Assembly: GCF_011386835.1 (NCBI RefSeq)
Contig: NC_088793.1
Location: forward strand, 153,946,001-154,010,000
Direction: 5' to 3'
Length of the DNA: 64,000 nt
From: Chrysemys picta bellii
Lineage: Eukaryota
Part shown: piece after piece, positions 35,288 to 47,419 of the stretch
Numbering within the stretch: position 1 is the stretch's first letter
Layout: every line of letters starts with the position of its first letter
The notes under the pieces: model-generated
Database searches by the model: none
What the model was told of the DNA's origin: nothing
What the model saw: the letters and a program-made list of their open reading frames with translations, nothing else
Translations under genes and position numbers: made by a program

Positions 35288-36135
35288 GGTGTTGTAGCCC
35301 TGTTGGTCCCAGGATGTAAGAAAGACAAGGTGGTTGATGAGAAAGTCATGTTTACACAGAGCTCTCCTTCTGGTCTGGGAAGTGTATTTAGCTGTGACAC
35401 TCTGAATACAAGGCTGAACAGATTGTTTAGCATAAGTAGTTAACACATATTTCAAGGGAACATTCAAGGTGAAGTGTCCAGTTAACCTCTCCAGTCATAA
35501 GGAGGAAATGAAGGAGGGGGAAAAGCTGGGGTGTGTGATTATCTGAGTTCTCTGTTCTCATCCTCAAAGGAAATCTGCATAACACCTTCAAAGGATGAGT
35601 CTGGGAATTTAAATTTGTAATTTTGCTAGATACTAAAAACCATGAACTAAATACATACATTGAATTCATGGCTTTTTACAACAATCTGTAACAACGTCCT
35701 CTCCCCCCAGCTTTTCTTTTTCTTCCTTTCCCACTCTGATTGGAGAGGTGTTAACTGGCCACCTCACCTTGAATGGTCCCTTGAAAGGTTCTTTGTAAGA
35801 TGCGCATAACAGCGTATGCTAAGTAATCTTTCACAGCTAAGTACAAGGTGACACTCTGCATATACCTACACTGCAATGAAAAAACCATGGCTGGCCTGTA
35901 TCACCTTGTCTTGCAGGGCTCAGGTAACTGTGTGCCCCAGTGTCTATACTATCCCATAATTGAACAGCCCCTTAGCCTGCGCCCCGTGAGCCTGAGTCAA
36001 CTGACACGAGCCAGCCATGGGTTTTTAATTGCAGCATAGACATACCCACTGAATACATTTACCAGTCCTGAAGAAGAGCTCTGTGTAAGCTCAAAAGTTT
36101 GTCTCTCTCACCAGCAGACCTAACTTGTCTATCTT
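35288..36135 (+). mobile_element. 5'-truncated Penelope-like element with inverted pseudo-LTR, interrupted by a Harbinger MITE (about 35858-36047)
   Basis: Plus-strand SVLILKGNLHNTFKG*VWEFKFVILLDTKNHEL...FMAFYNNL* at about 35553-35691; an inverted copy of the terminal region at 35288-35530; hammerhead-like CTGAAGA at 36068. Confidence 0.75.
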
Positions 36136-38315
36136 CATTTAAGAAAAATAGTCACACACACAAAAGAGTAACAACCAGTCCTGGGTTTTGGTCACGTGAA
36201 AATGTATTATATTGAGTGGTATTGCCTGAAAGTCATTGGTAATTAATTTTGGAAGATTTTCCTTTTGGGGCAGTTGTGATCTGTTATGTATCCAACCCTA
36301 GATTTCTGTCAAGATCCAGTTCTGTCTAAAAGTCAGTTTAGCCACATTCCTCAGATTTTCCCATTACTGTATGAATGCCTGTCTTTTTATTGGTTAGTGC
36401 TCCTTTGTCCCCTAAAGTAGCCATTATCACATAGCTGTACCTCCGTTCAGAAACATAGGAATGCAACCTAAGATCATCACAAATGCTGTGTATTAATAGT
36501 CTTGCCCTAATCACATGAGCCCAAACACAGTCTCTCTGACAGATCTGAATGCCACTTGTGCATGGGGAAAGAGTCTTGTGGTGGATGCTGAACCTGAATC
36601 TCCCATATTGCAGATTAGTAACTCTGACTTTGTTCTGAAGGAAACAAGGGTGGCTTCCGCAATAGACGCTCCTAAGAAAGAAAAGATTTGGAGTTATGGA
36701 AATATTAAGATGTGGGATTTTGGTTATAATTATCAATGTGTTCATTAAGAATAGTGCCTTGTTTGCCTTTATACATTCAGTTGTATGGCTTCAAAACAGT
36801 TTAATGAGTACCTCCTCAACTAGTGATCCCTGGAAAAAAGGAGAGATTTTGCCACACCTATCATATTTAATGATCTTCCACAAGCTCTTGCATGTTTTCC
36901 TCCTACAGCTGTTCTGCTAAAAACAATCTGTCTGTGGCAAATTGTGGGTGTGCCTGGACCATGTTACTAAAGAGAGAAAATGAAAGAGCTTACTGTATTA
37001 TTTTAAAATAATTCCATAAGATCTTCCATCACAGTATCCAAACTTGCATGTTCCTTGTAGCTGCCATTTGTACTTCTGCTGATACTGAATGAGAGAGCCA
37101 GTTTTAAACCTTTAACAGTCTCAATTGTAAATGCTTCTAGAAGTGTTTGATTTGCTCATTTTAAAAATTGCATTGTGGGTCAGTCTTCATGCTCCATCAG
37201 TTGTTAGTGTATGTACTTGGATTGCACTGTCCATTAGGAGCTAGACTAAGAGCGTCCATGTTTTTCCACACATAGAATGTCTGTCTTCTAAGGCCTGTCA
37301 ATACTAAAGTACAGCTCTCATTTGCACTGTGGGGACTGTCATTTATCATGTTTTTTACAGTGGGTCCCAACCTGGATCTCAACCTGTTATCCTTTAGATG
37401 CTATCATAATATAAATGCTAAATAATAATCTGACCTTGATTACAACAAGCATAGCTAAATTGTCCATGAGGCAGCTGTTTTCACATACAGTCATGGCAAC
37501 CTTGTTTGTGTCTGCTGCAGCTACCATGCTGTCTAACAGGCTTTGTATCCTGCCTTCTGGGAAAGTCTAGGTAGCTGTTTTATATTGTCTTGAAATAAAG
37601 TTTCCAGGATGCATGCATGCAGCATCTGGACAGTGTACGTTGGGATGGACTAGCACATAACTGAGAGACAGGAGGACCAGTAAACTGGGCCACAACGATG
37701 TGGCAACTTAGGCACTGAGAATGAAGCATTGTTAGCTCCCTAGTTACTAACCAAATACTAGGCATCCAGTGTTGTGAACAGACACAAGCCATGTTAGAGC
37801 CAAGCATAGCACAACCTAGTTAAAAACCTTGTGAAAAATTGTAGCATAGACCATGGTTTGGCTCGCCATATCAAATTTGGTAATGATGGAAAGCCATTGC
37901 CAGCTAGTAGCTTTTCAGTGGGCTGCTCTTGGTCAACTAGTTCCAGGGACTATATATAATATAATTCTTTTTCAGCGAGCAAATATAAATTGTATTAAGG
38001 CCACTTGGAGAATCCTTAGTTTGTGTGTCAATGATGGTATGGAAACTTTCAGATCATTGCAGTCTGTTTTCTTAGTCCTTCATAACATGCACTTTAAAAT
38101 GCTGTATTTTGTCTCAGTCAAATGCTTATTTTATATTATTATATATATACATGTTTGAAAATTTTGGCTGCTGGTTACTAACAACAACAACAACAACAAC
38201 AAAAAAAAGGTAGCAAGGGGATTTTAAATCTTATAAATGGACACTACTTCTGCACAGCCAAGTTTTGGCCTGTCTTTATGTTAAGTCTTTTCATTATTCT
38301 ACCTTGTTTATGTAG

Positions 38316-38552
38316 AATGACAAAGGACAGATTCCAGCAGACGTGGTTCCTGATCCAGTAGATATGCCATTGGAGATGGCAGATGCTGCAGCAAGTGCAA
38401 AAGAAATCAAGCAGATGCTGTTGGATGCAGTGCCTCTGTCATGTGACATCTCAAAGGCCATGCTTCCAAACTATGATCATGTCACTGGCAAGGCCATGCT
38501 TATGTCACTTGGCTTGAAACTGGGAGATCGTGTTGTTATCGCAGGACAAAAG
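38316..38552 (+). CDS. CLIP4: CLIP4 coding exon 6 (NDKGQIPADVVPDP...LGLKLGDRVVIAGQK)
   Basis: TGTAG acceptor, AAG|GTAAGT donor, phase 0 to 0, 79 codons. Confidence 0.97.
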
Positions 38553-39199
38553 GTAAGTGAGTAAATTTGAAACTGCACAAGTAATCTCCTGTGAATTGGG
38601 CATTTGTAGTACGCTTGAAACTGATTTCTTATCTGTAAATGTAAAATAACTTCTGGAAGATATGAAATACGGGTGGCAGTAGAGATGCGAAGATATTTCT
38701 ATTGCTGGAAAACAGGTTGAAAGGAAAATCCCCTCATGAGAAGCTGAAAGCTTATGTAGTAGTGAAACTTTTTCACTGTTGTGAAAAGCAGGTTTTGGCA
38801 GGCAAAATCTGTATTTTGTACCTGCAAACCCTTAACAGTCCATCATAATAAATAAGTGAGTCTTAGACTTTATAGTGTGTGGATCCAAAATGCTGCCAGG
38901 GCTCACAGATACCATTTGCAGGATCTTGTGACAGGAATTTATATTCTGTAGAATTAATCTAGTTTCCATTCCAGAAACTGGTAAAAGGTACGTTTAATTC
39001 TGCTTAGCCATTAGTTATTTAATTGGTACAATGCAGCTAACATCTTCTTTGATGAAACACTGCCGTGTTATAGAGGTAGCAATATAATCTAAGGAACAAT
39101 GAGAACTTTAGTTAAATAACTGCAGCTCAAATTTTAATTGCTTTAAACTAGAGAAGTTTGGAAAAGTGTTGTTCTATTGGTAACTATATTGGTTTATAT

Positions 39200-39509
39200 C
39201 AGGGGTCGGCAACCTTTCAGAAGTGGTGTGCCGAGTCTTCATTTATTCACTCTAATTTAAGGTTTTGCGTGCCAGTAATACATTTGAACGTTTTTAGAAG
39301 GTCTCTTTCTATAGGTCTATAATATTTACTTTACAGACAACAATAGTTTAGTTATATAAGGTTTCAAAATGTTTATGAAGCTTCATTTAAAATTAAATTA
39401 AAATGCAGAGCCCCCCGGACCGGTGGCCAGGACCCGGGCAGTGTGAGTGCCAATGAAAATCAGCTCGCATGCCACCTTTGGCACACGTGCCATAGGTTGC
39501 CTACCCCTG
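39200..39509. mobile_element. Non-autonomous hAT-Charlie element
   Basis: TIRs CAGGGGTCGGCAACCT / AGGTTGCCTACCCCTG; TSD GTTTATAT / GTATATAT (7/8). Confidence 0.87.
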
Positions 39510-40577
39510 GTATATATGAAGTCATATACTTTTTTCCTCTTCTTGTAGGTAGCAAGGACTTAGAAATGATTTAAAAGCTATAGGATTTTTTTAAAGATTG
39601 CCATAAGCACACATGCAAACTTTGCAGAAAAATCTATTTATAAGAGCAGAATTCAGCATTTGGGTTTTCATGCACCTGTGACAACAGTACTTGCATATTT
39701 GATTTTTCTAATTTTTATTATATTAACTTTAGATTGATAATTTGTTCTTTTCAATTCAAAAACTTTCCCTCGCAGTGTATGAAGCAGTTTCCATTTTGAA
39801 TTTGCATTTGATATGTTATTGAAATTGTGTCAGGAAAGGTGACACAATCATTAGCTATACAAAAGGCATGCTAACTGAAATATATACAAGAAACTGCTTG
39901 TTCTGACAAGATAATTAACATATGAAAGTTGTTTAGCCAGAAACCATTACACAATGAAAGCGAAGAAGAAAATAACAGCCATCAAAAATACTCGAGCTGC
40001 GAGTCAATAAAACCTCAGAACAAGAAGAAAGAAATTTTTACTTATTTCAGTTACATACATAGAATGCTAGTTTTTATTTTGACATTGCACTAAAGCACTC
40101 TCCCTCCCCGTGAGGGTGGGCCTGGGCCTCAGTCATGCCTTCTGCATCCGGTAGAGGCCTGTATTCTTCAGGATACTTAAGCATGTGCCTAACTTTAAGC
40201 AGGTGAGTTACCCTTTGAAGTCAAAATGAATGAACCTGCTTAGTAAGACGTGCACTGAAGTACTTTGCTGAAGTGATGGCATTGTCTAATGGTACATCTT
40301 GTTTGTGACTTCTTTCTGTTGTGATAACTGCCAAAAAATGCTGCTTTTGTTCAATCTCAGGTGACTTAGTCGTGTCTCTTATATCTTAGAACACATACTG
40401 GCTGGCATTTTTGAAGGAAAAGGATCTCTGCCCTCAAGGAAGGCAGAGGAATGTGAAAGTGGCAATCTGAATAGTGATCATGGATCTGGAGATGACTTAC
40501 TATCTTACATAGTGTCTAATAGACATGGTATTTATTTATTATTCACAAAGTCATTCTGTGTTAATTCCTTTCTTTAG

Positions 40578-40713
40578 GTTGGTACATTAAGATTTTGTGG
40601 CACAACAGAATTTGCCAGCGGGCAATGGGCTGGTGTAGAGCTGGATGAACCAGAAGGAAAGAATGACGGAAGTGTTGGAAAAGTCCAGTACTTCAAGTGT
40701 GCACCAAGATGTG
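40578..40713 (+). CDS. CLIP4: CLIP4 coding exon 7 (CAP-Gly 1 core: VGTLRFCGTTEFASGQWAGVELDEPEGKNDGSVGKVQYFKCAPRC)
   Basis: TTTAG acceptor, G|GTATAA donor, phase 0 to 1; GKNDG motif. Confidence 0.96.
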
Positions 40714-41506
40714 GTATAACTTTATTTTCTAGATGTTTTACAGATACTTTGGAACCTTAAGTTAAAAAAAAAAAAAAAAGAAAAGGAAAAATATTGGTTT
40801 GATTAGACAAGGTGTCTGTGGGTCAATAAATACAAATTGTTTGTCCCAGATTTTTCTATTTTGTAAATTCCTTTAACTGCTCCTAACTTTATCAGTTCTA
40901 AGTGTTGCAGAAGAAGCCATTTCTGATTACTTCCTTGAAACTGCAATGTAGTATCTTCATTGGTTATTGGCTTTTCTCACAACCATAGTGTAATTGTTTC
41001 TTTTCTATTTGACATTTTCTCTCATAGCTTACTTGGCCTTCCTCTTTGAAAGAGATTCGTTGGAGCATTCATATATTCTTCCTAAAATTTTCTCTCCATC
41101 AAAGGAATGTGATGTAGTCTCTCTTCTTTGTTTGTCAAATTGAGGTGTCTGTGTTGTAAATTTGCCTGGCATTTCATTTCCACCTGTGAGATGATGCAGG
41201 AGCTTGTGCTGAGGGATGTTCTACCTCTGTTTTCAGCTTAGCCACAAGCATTCTTTGTGATGCTGGGCAGAGCACTGAGGCACAGGATAGAGTAAATGAC
41301 TTTCCTATCTATAAAATAGGAATCGTACTTCCCTACCTCACCAGCTGTGAGTATAACAATCCATTAATTGAGGTACTGAGATACTTCGTTAAACAGAGTA
41401 ACCTAAGAAAGAATAGCTAGATTTTTTTTGTTGCGTGACTGCTTCTCCTGGTTTACATACTGCATACAGAAAGAGATGCGTCTCTCTCTTTTTTTTTATT
41501 CTCCAG

Positions 41507-41644
41507 GTATCTTTGCACCTCTTTCTAAAATAAGTAAGGCTTCAGATCACAAGAAGAATTTTGTCAGAAGTCCTTCCACACGATCTACTTTGGTCAAGTC
41601 CAAGAAAATTGATGTAACGCACATAACTTCAAAAGTGAATACTG
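41507..41644 (+). CDS. CLIP4: CLIP4 coding exon 8 (GIFAPLSKISK...THITSKVNT)
   Basis: CTCCAG acceptor, G|GTAAAT donor, phase 1 to 1. Confidence 0.95.
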
Positions 41645-42544
41645 GTAAATATTTTTTTTGTTATAAAGCTAGTCTCTCCAAAAATCAGACGGTAATTTTG
41701 CATATCTTTATATTAAAATCCTAGCTTGTGGTTAATTCATCCTCTTGGAATAAGAAAGGAGTATGACATTTATTAATTATGCCTTCTCGTTAACTGAAGT
41801 TGTTGGTGCTGAGAGGTGTTGAGCATCTGTCGCTCACATTGAAATAACTTTGAACTGCAGGTGCTTATGGCTCAGGATCAGGCCCTATGGCTCAATCACA
41901 GTAACAATTAATGTTCTACCATATGGTATGTCACTGTACTAGAGCACTGTTGTGCTATGCCTTTTTACAGTCCCCTGCAGCATGATGTAACATTGATTGC
42001 TGGAAGGTAAGAGATGGGACTAGTTACACCGTTGCCCAATTCTGATAAGACAATTGCTATGACTTTTTCTAGGGCTGAGCCAGGGGAATCGGTAGAGTGA
42101 CTAACGGGTCTATTCTCAGTGAATGGTCATTTTGGTGGTATAATATACCAAGGGGATCTAACATTACATATTGATGTACTGTTCGGGAAAGGCTTACCAT
42201 AGCACACACTCTCTGAAGCTTTTAAAGCTGTTTGTGATTGGAGATGATATCTGTAAATGTCTAAAATCTCTTTGCTTTAATTACGTAGATTTTATTTGAC
42301 TTGATCAGCAGGCTTTCAAACTGTTGAGGAAAACAAATTGAAATGCTAATTTATATGCAGCTGTGTATAAGTATTAAAATATTGTAAGAAGTATTAACAC
42401 CAATTTCTTCAATAAAAACCCTTCAGGCAAAAATAATTAGAAGCTATTTTAATAACTACATTATGTGTCAAGGGAATGAATTAGTTCACCTGAGAAATGA
42501 AGCATATATCTGGAGGGGATGGATATTCTTGTGTTTAAGTCCGT

Positions 42545-42770
42545 GGGTGGGGGCTTAGGAGATCTGGGTTTAATTCCTGGCTCTGTCACAGACCTCCTGT
42601 GTGACCTTAGTTTAGGCAAATCACTTACTCTCTCTGTGTCTCAGGTCCCCATCTGTAAAGTCAAGATAATATTCCTTTTCCTCCACCCTTTGCCTTTCTT
42701 GTCAATTTAGCTTCTAAGCTCTTTGGAGCAGGGACTCTCATGTGTTTGTACAGTGCCTAGCATATACAAA
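42545..42770 (+). mobile_element. MIR-like CORE-SINE with L2-type tail (similar remnants near 22340, 41270, 48720, 54445)
   Basis: GGAGATCTGGGTTTAATTCCTGGCTCTGTCACAGACCTCCTGTGTGACCTT...GGCAAATCACTT...CCCCATCTGTAAA; tail AAGCTCTTTGGAGCAGGGAC...GTACAGTGCCTAGC. Confidence 0.65.
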
Positions 42771-43764
42771 TGGGCCCTGATCTTGATTAAATGATGTAAA
42801 AATAATGCTATTATATGTATTGTTTTATAATTTCCCCTCTCTCTCAGTCCTGTCCAGTTGGACCCTTTATAATAAAGCAGCATGACTTTACAGGTGGAGG
42901 AGTATACATATATTCCTACAAAATTATTAAAATCCTCTAAAACATTCCTTTTTTAACTGTAAAATATGCAGCATATACAGACTACATGATGGGATGGTGG
43001 AATACATTTCTTTAGCAGTGATTTGGGATAACTTGCAAAAGTCATTTGACTCTCGCTGTCATGTCTATGTGGTAGACATGTGCTGCTCTGTGACCATTAA
43101 AAATAATTGGACATCTACAATTTTCTACACACTGACATACTTCACACTTTCTGAAATTCTCTGTCTGACCTTTACTAGAAATGGGGCATTTGAATAGTAT
43201 AAGTTGCATGGTTACGATTTGATCTGAAAAATGACATGCTCCACAGAGCTCATCTTTTTTTGAAATGCCTTGTCCTAATCATATCAACTTAGACAATTAA
43301 CTTAACATCCAGGCAGTTTAACATGATGTGGAAAAACTGACACCTTGCATAAAATGCTACACTTCAGTAAAATAATTACATTTGTTTGCAAAACTGTAAA
43401 ATGGATGGCATAAGCTATCTCTTTCTATAAAACATTTTGGCTGTTTGGTCACTCAGAGTATTGTGAGGCATAAGACAGCTGTTTGTTAAGATTGAGCTAT
43501 GATTTATTTTCAAAAGATCTTGACTAAAATGGAAAAGGATTGTTTTCCTCTGAGGCAATGCATTTGTGACAACAGTTTGTGATGAACCTGTGTTTTGACA
43601 CAGCTGTGCCTAGCCATCTTTATACATCCAAAAATTTGACATTTGCTTTAAGTAAAAATCAGAGTAAGTTATACATGGTACACCCACTAGGGCTTACATG
43701 TGTAAGCAGTATCAGTGAGCTGCCATTGTAAGATATTCTTAGGCCAAAGGGCCCATTTATCTTA

Positions 43765-44045
43765 GGGCTGGTCCACACTAAGCCCCCAGTTCGAACTAAG
43801 ATACGTGAATAACGTAGCTGAAGTCGAAGTATCTTAGTTCGAACTTAAAGGTACTTACCGCGGGTCCACACGCGGCAGGCAGGCTCCCCCATCGACTCCG
43901 CCTACTCCTCTCGCGGAGCAGGATTACTGGCGTCGACAGCGAGCACTTCCGGGATCGATTTATCGCGTCTAGACAAGACGCGTTAAATCGATCCCAGAAG
44001 ATCAATTGCTTGCCGTCGAACCAGCAGGTAAGTATAGACGCACCC
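43765..44045. mobile_element. PIF/Harbinger non-autonomous element
   Basis: TIRs GGGCTGGTCCACACT / AGTATAGACGCACCC; 3-bp TTA TSD on both sides; CpG-rich, so probably young. Confidence 0.87.
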
Positions 44046-45551
44046 TTAATGTGCTTGGTGGATTCACTTGCTAGGTGGAAGATTAAAGTTGCAAATACAG
44101 AGCTTTCTTTTGAAACGTTTACTTGCATTACTGGAGTAAATTTCTTCAATGTCTTAACCACCAGTAAATTATTTGCATTACAGGCCATGCAAAATCATTA
44201 GTACATCTTCTATAAACATTGTAGATAGACTGCAGAGTTCTGTCAAACCTTACTTTTAATATTGTATATAGATATTTTTAATGCTTTTTTATTTGTACTT
44301 TTGGTATTTGTGGTAAAAATATTTGCTCTTTAAGTAGTCCATTAGATTTTATCAATAATAGTCACCTGATCACAATAAGTACTGGGACTAATCAAGGATT
44401 TTCTGTTATAAAACATATCTCCGGCCATGAACAATGTTCTCACATGTCTGACTCTTAAGGCTGAAATATAAAACACCTTTAAATATAATGCAGTCATAAA
44501 TAAGTACCAAAATAATATATCATCTGGGCTAAGCCAATAAATATAATTAAATAAAAAGTCCGCTTTGCCCTCATCGCTAGTACCAGCAAAATCGCCCGGA
44601 AGGTTTTGTTCTCTTTGCCTAGTCGTGGCAGACAACCACTTATGAATACAAAATAACTTGTCCATGAAGCATGTATTTAAGCAGCAATATTAGGTCAGAC
44701 ATGTTGTTACATTGTTGCTATGTAGTGTAATAGGCTCTTTAATTAGATTAATATTGGCATATTCAATCCATTTTCGTAGGCTTGAAACTAAAAGTTATGT
44801 CGTTGAAACTCAGATTTGTATAAATACATGCATACATAGAAATTATAGATTGAACAGTTGGTAGTCTTATTCCAATAGTAAAAGCAAAAATGTTCAGTTT
44901 TGAGTGTGTTTAAGGAAATCAGAATTTTGTGATTTTTAAAGGATTTTTTTGTTCACTCGTGTTAACTCAGATTGTTTCAATATAAACATTTGGCAAGCAA
45001 TTTGTTTATAATATGGCTTGATTGCTTTGGAGCGTTTTTAAGTGTCAGTGGTTTAACATGGTTGGTAAATTATTTTACAACTAGAAGTTTTATATAAAAA
45101 TACTGTGGTTTTGTAGTACTCATATTTGAAGAATCACATTTTACAAGTACTAAATAAGCATCCTGAAACCTGTAAATTAGGCAGACCTTTGCCCCATTTC
45201 ACAGGTGGGTGAAGAGAGGGATGGGAGAGAGCACAGAGAAGTTGTGGCTTGCCAGTGGTGACACAGGAAACTAGTATCAGTCAGGATTAGGACATAAATC
45301 CTTATTTTCCCAGTACCACGTTCTAAATATTAGATATCACACTCTTCTGTAAAGATTACTAGTGTCTATAGTATGTATGTAGAACAGTTGGATTGAAATG
45401 ATGGACTTGGAGGTTTCATCGTTTATTCAGTGATCTACAAACCCAGTACTGTATCTGTTTGCATATGTGTTTTTTTTTGTAAAATTATTAATTGTTAATT
45501 GCCGGGATATTTCCTGACCCTATTTGTTTTTTGTCTTTTTTTGTATCCTAG

Positions 45552-45638
45552 GCTTAGCTACATCAAAAAAAGATAGTAGTTCTGAATCCACCTTTTTGGC
45601 TACTGAAGAAGGAATGAAAATTATGCCTGGTAAAGAAG
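45552..45638 (+). CDS. CLIP4: CLIP4 coding exon 9 (GLATSKKDSSSESTF...PGKE)
   Basis: CCTAG acceptor, G|GTAACT donor, phase 1 to 1. Confidence 0.92.
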
Positions 45639-45827
45639 GTAACTAAATTCCCCTTGTTGATTCATTTTGGGCCAATTCTGGGTAGGGCAAAGGAAGTATC
45701 GCATCTCTCTTCCTTCCCCTACCCCTCTTCACGGGCACTCAAATATGCTGCAAAAGCAGTGCTAATGTATACTTGCATTCTAGTTCCAAGCAGCCCTGTA
45801 CACCTGTCTGCTAGGAGCAGGATTAAT

Positions 45828-47419
45828 CTGAATGGGACCAATGTGATGCCGTTGTGAAAAAGGCTAATGCAGTCCTAGGAGGAGTCCAGCGAGGTATTCC
45901 CAGTAGAGCTAGGAAAGAGTTAGTACCATTATACGAGGCAATGGTGAGACCTCATCTGGAATAGCGAGTGCATTTCTGATCTCCCATGTTCAAGAAAGAT
46001 GAATTCAAACTGGAACAGGTGCAAAGAAGGACTACTAGAGTGATCAGAGAAATGGAGAACCTACCTTACGAGAAGAGACAAGGAGGTTGGCTTGTTAGGC
46101 CTAACAAAACAAAGGCTGAAGGGAGATATGATTCCTCTCTATAAATACACCAAGTGGATAAACGCTAGCAAGGGGCGGAGTTGTTTTAAGTTAAGGGCCG
46201 ATACTGGCACTAGAACAAATGGATATAAACTGGCAATCAGTAAGTTTAGGCTTAAAATGAAACAAAGGTTTCTAACCATCAGAGGAGTGAAGTTCTGGAA
46301 CGGTCTTTCAAAGGGAGCGCTGGGGGCAAAAAAACGAACTTTTTTGGAGGCTGAGCTGGTGGATGAGTCTCCTTACAATGGCATATGGCCCATTGCGACT
46401 GCTAGTAGCAAATCTCTCCAGTGGCTGGCGATTGGACACTAGATGGGGAGAGTTCTGAGTTACTACAGAGAATTATCTCCCACCTGTCTGGCTGGTGGGT
46501 CTTGCTCATATGCTTGGGGTCTAATCGCCATATTGGGCGTCGGGAAGGAATTGTACCCCCAGATTGTCAGAGACCCTGGGTTGGTTTGTTCATTTCTATT
46601 TTTTTTTTTTTTTTGCCTACCTCTCCAGTGTGGGGTCTGGGTCATTTGCTTGTTTGAACTAGAGTGAATGGTGTATTCTCTATAACTTGAAGTCTTCAAA
46701 TCCAGATTTGAGGCCTTCTGTAACTCAGCCAGAGGCTATGGGCCTATTACTGAAGTGAGTGAGTGAGGCTGTGCCCTGTGACGTGCATGAGGTCAGACTA
46801 GATCATCATAATTAAGGCTGTGTGCCCGTCATGGAAGTCACGGGTTCTGTGGGCCAGCTGCACGGGCTGCTGCTGGGGCAGTCTCGAGCCACTGCCTCCC
46901 ACCCCCCAGCAGCAGGAGTAGTAGTTTGGGTGTGGGAGGAGGCTCAGGGTGGCAGGCACCACCCCTGCCGCTCCCATTGGCTGCTGTTCTCGGCCAATGC
47001 GAACTGCGGAGCCGGGGGTTCGTGGCAGAAGCAGCACGCAGTAACTTCCTGGCTTTCCCTCCCCTTAGGAGCTGCAGGGACGTGCCGGCCGCTTTTGGGG
47101 ACCCGTGCGGGCCGGGTAGGGAGCCTGCCAGCTCCGCCAACCCTCACCCCCCAGCATCAGTGGGAGTCCCAGTCTGCACACTGCCCGCCCCTCCCCCAGC
47201 ACCCGCAGTGCCCCCTGGGCCGCCACACACCCTCTCCCCCCACACCTGCGGCCCCCGGTTAAAATTTTAGTTAGGGGTATATAGTACAAATCATGGACAG
47301 GTCACAGGCCGTGAATTTTTGTTTACTGCCTGTGACCTGTCCATGACTCTTACTAAAAATACCCATTACTAAGACGTAGCTTTAATCATGATGGTCCCTT
47401 CAGGTCTTAGTCTGAGTCA
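45828..47419 (+). mobile_element. CR1 LINE 3' fragment with long 3' UTR, interrupted near its end by a hAT element
   Basis: RPHLE...QFWSP-like and LKGDMIPLYKY...RTNGYKLAISKFRL...FLTIRGVKFWNGL segments; terminal GAGGTCAGACTAGAT...GGTCCCTTC. Confidence 0.88.
46813..47384. mobile_element. Non-autonomous hAT element nested in CR1
   Basis: Ends TAAGGCTG / TAGCTTTA; TSD ATCATAAT / ATCATGAT (7/8); related to 18741-19152. Confidence 0.82.

Noticed and set aside
46798-47289. Overlapping ORFs of 67-146 aa
   Set aside because: Inside the GC-rich nested hAT element; compositional artefacts.
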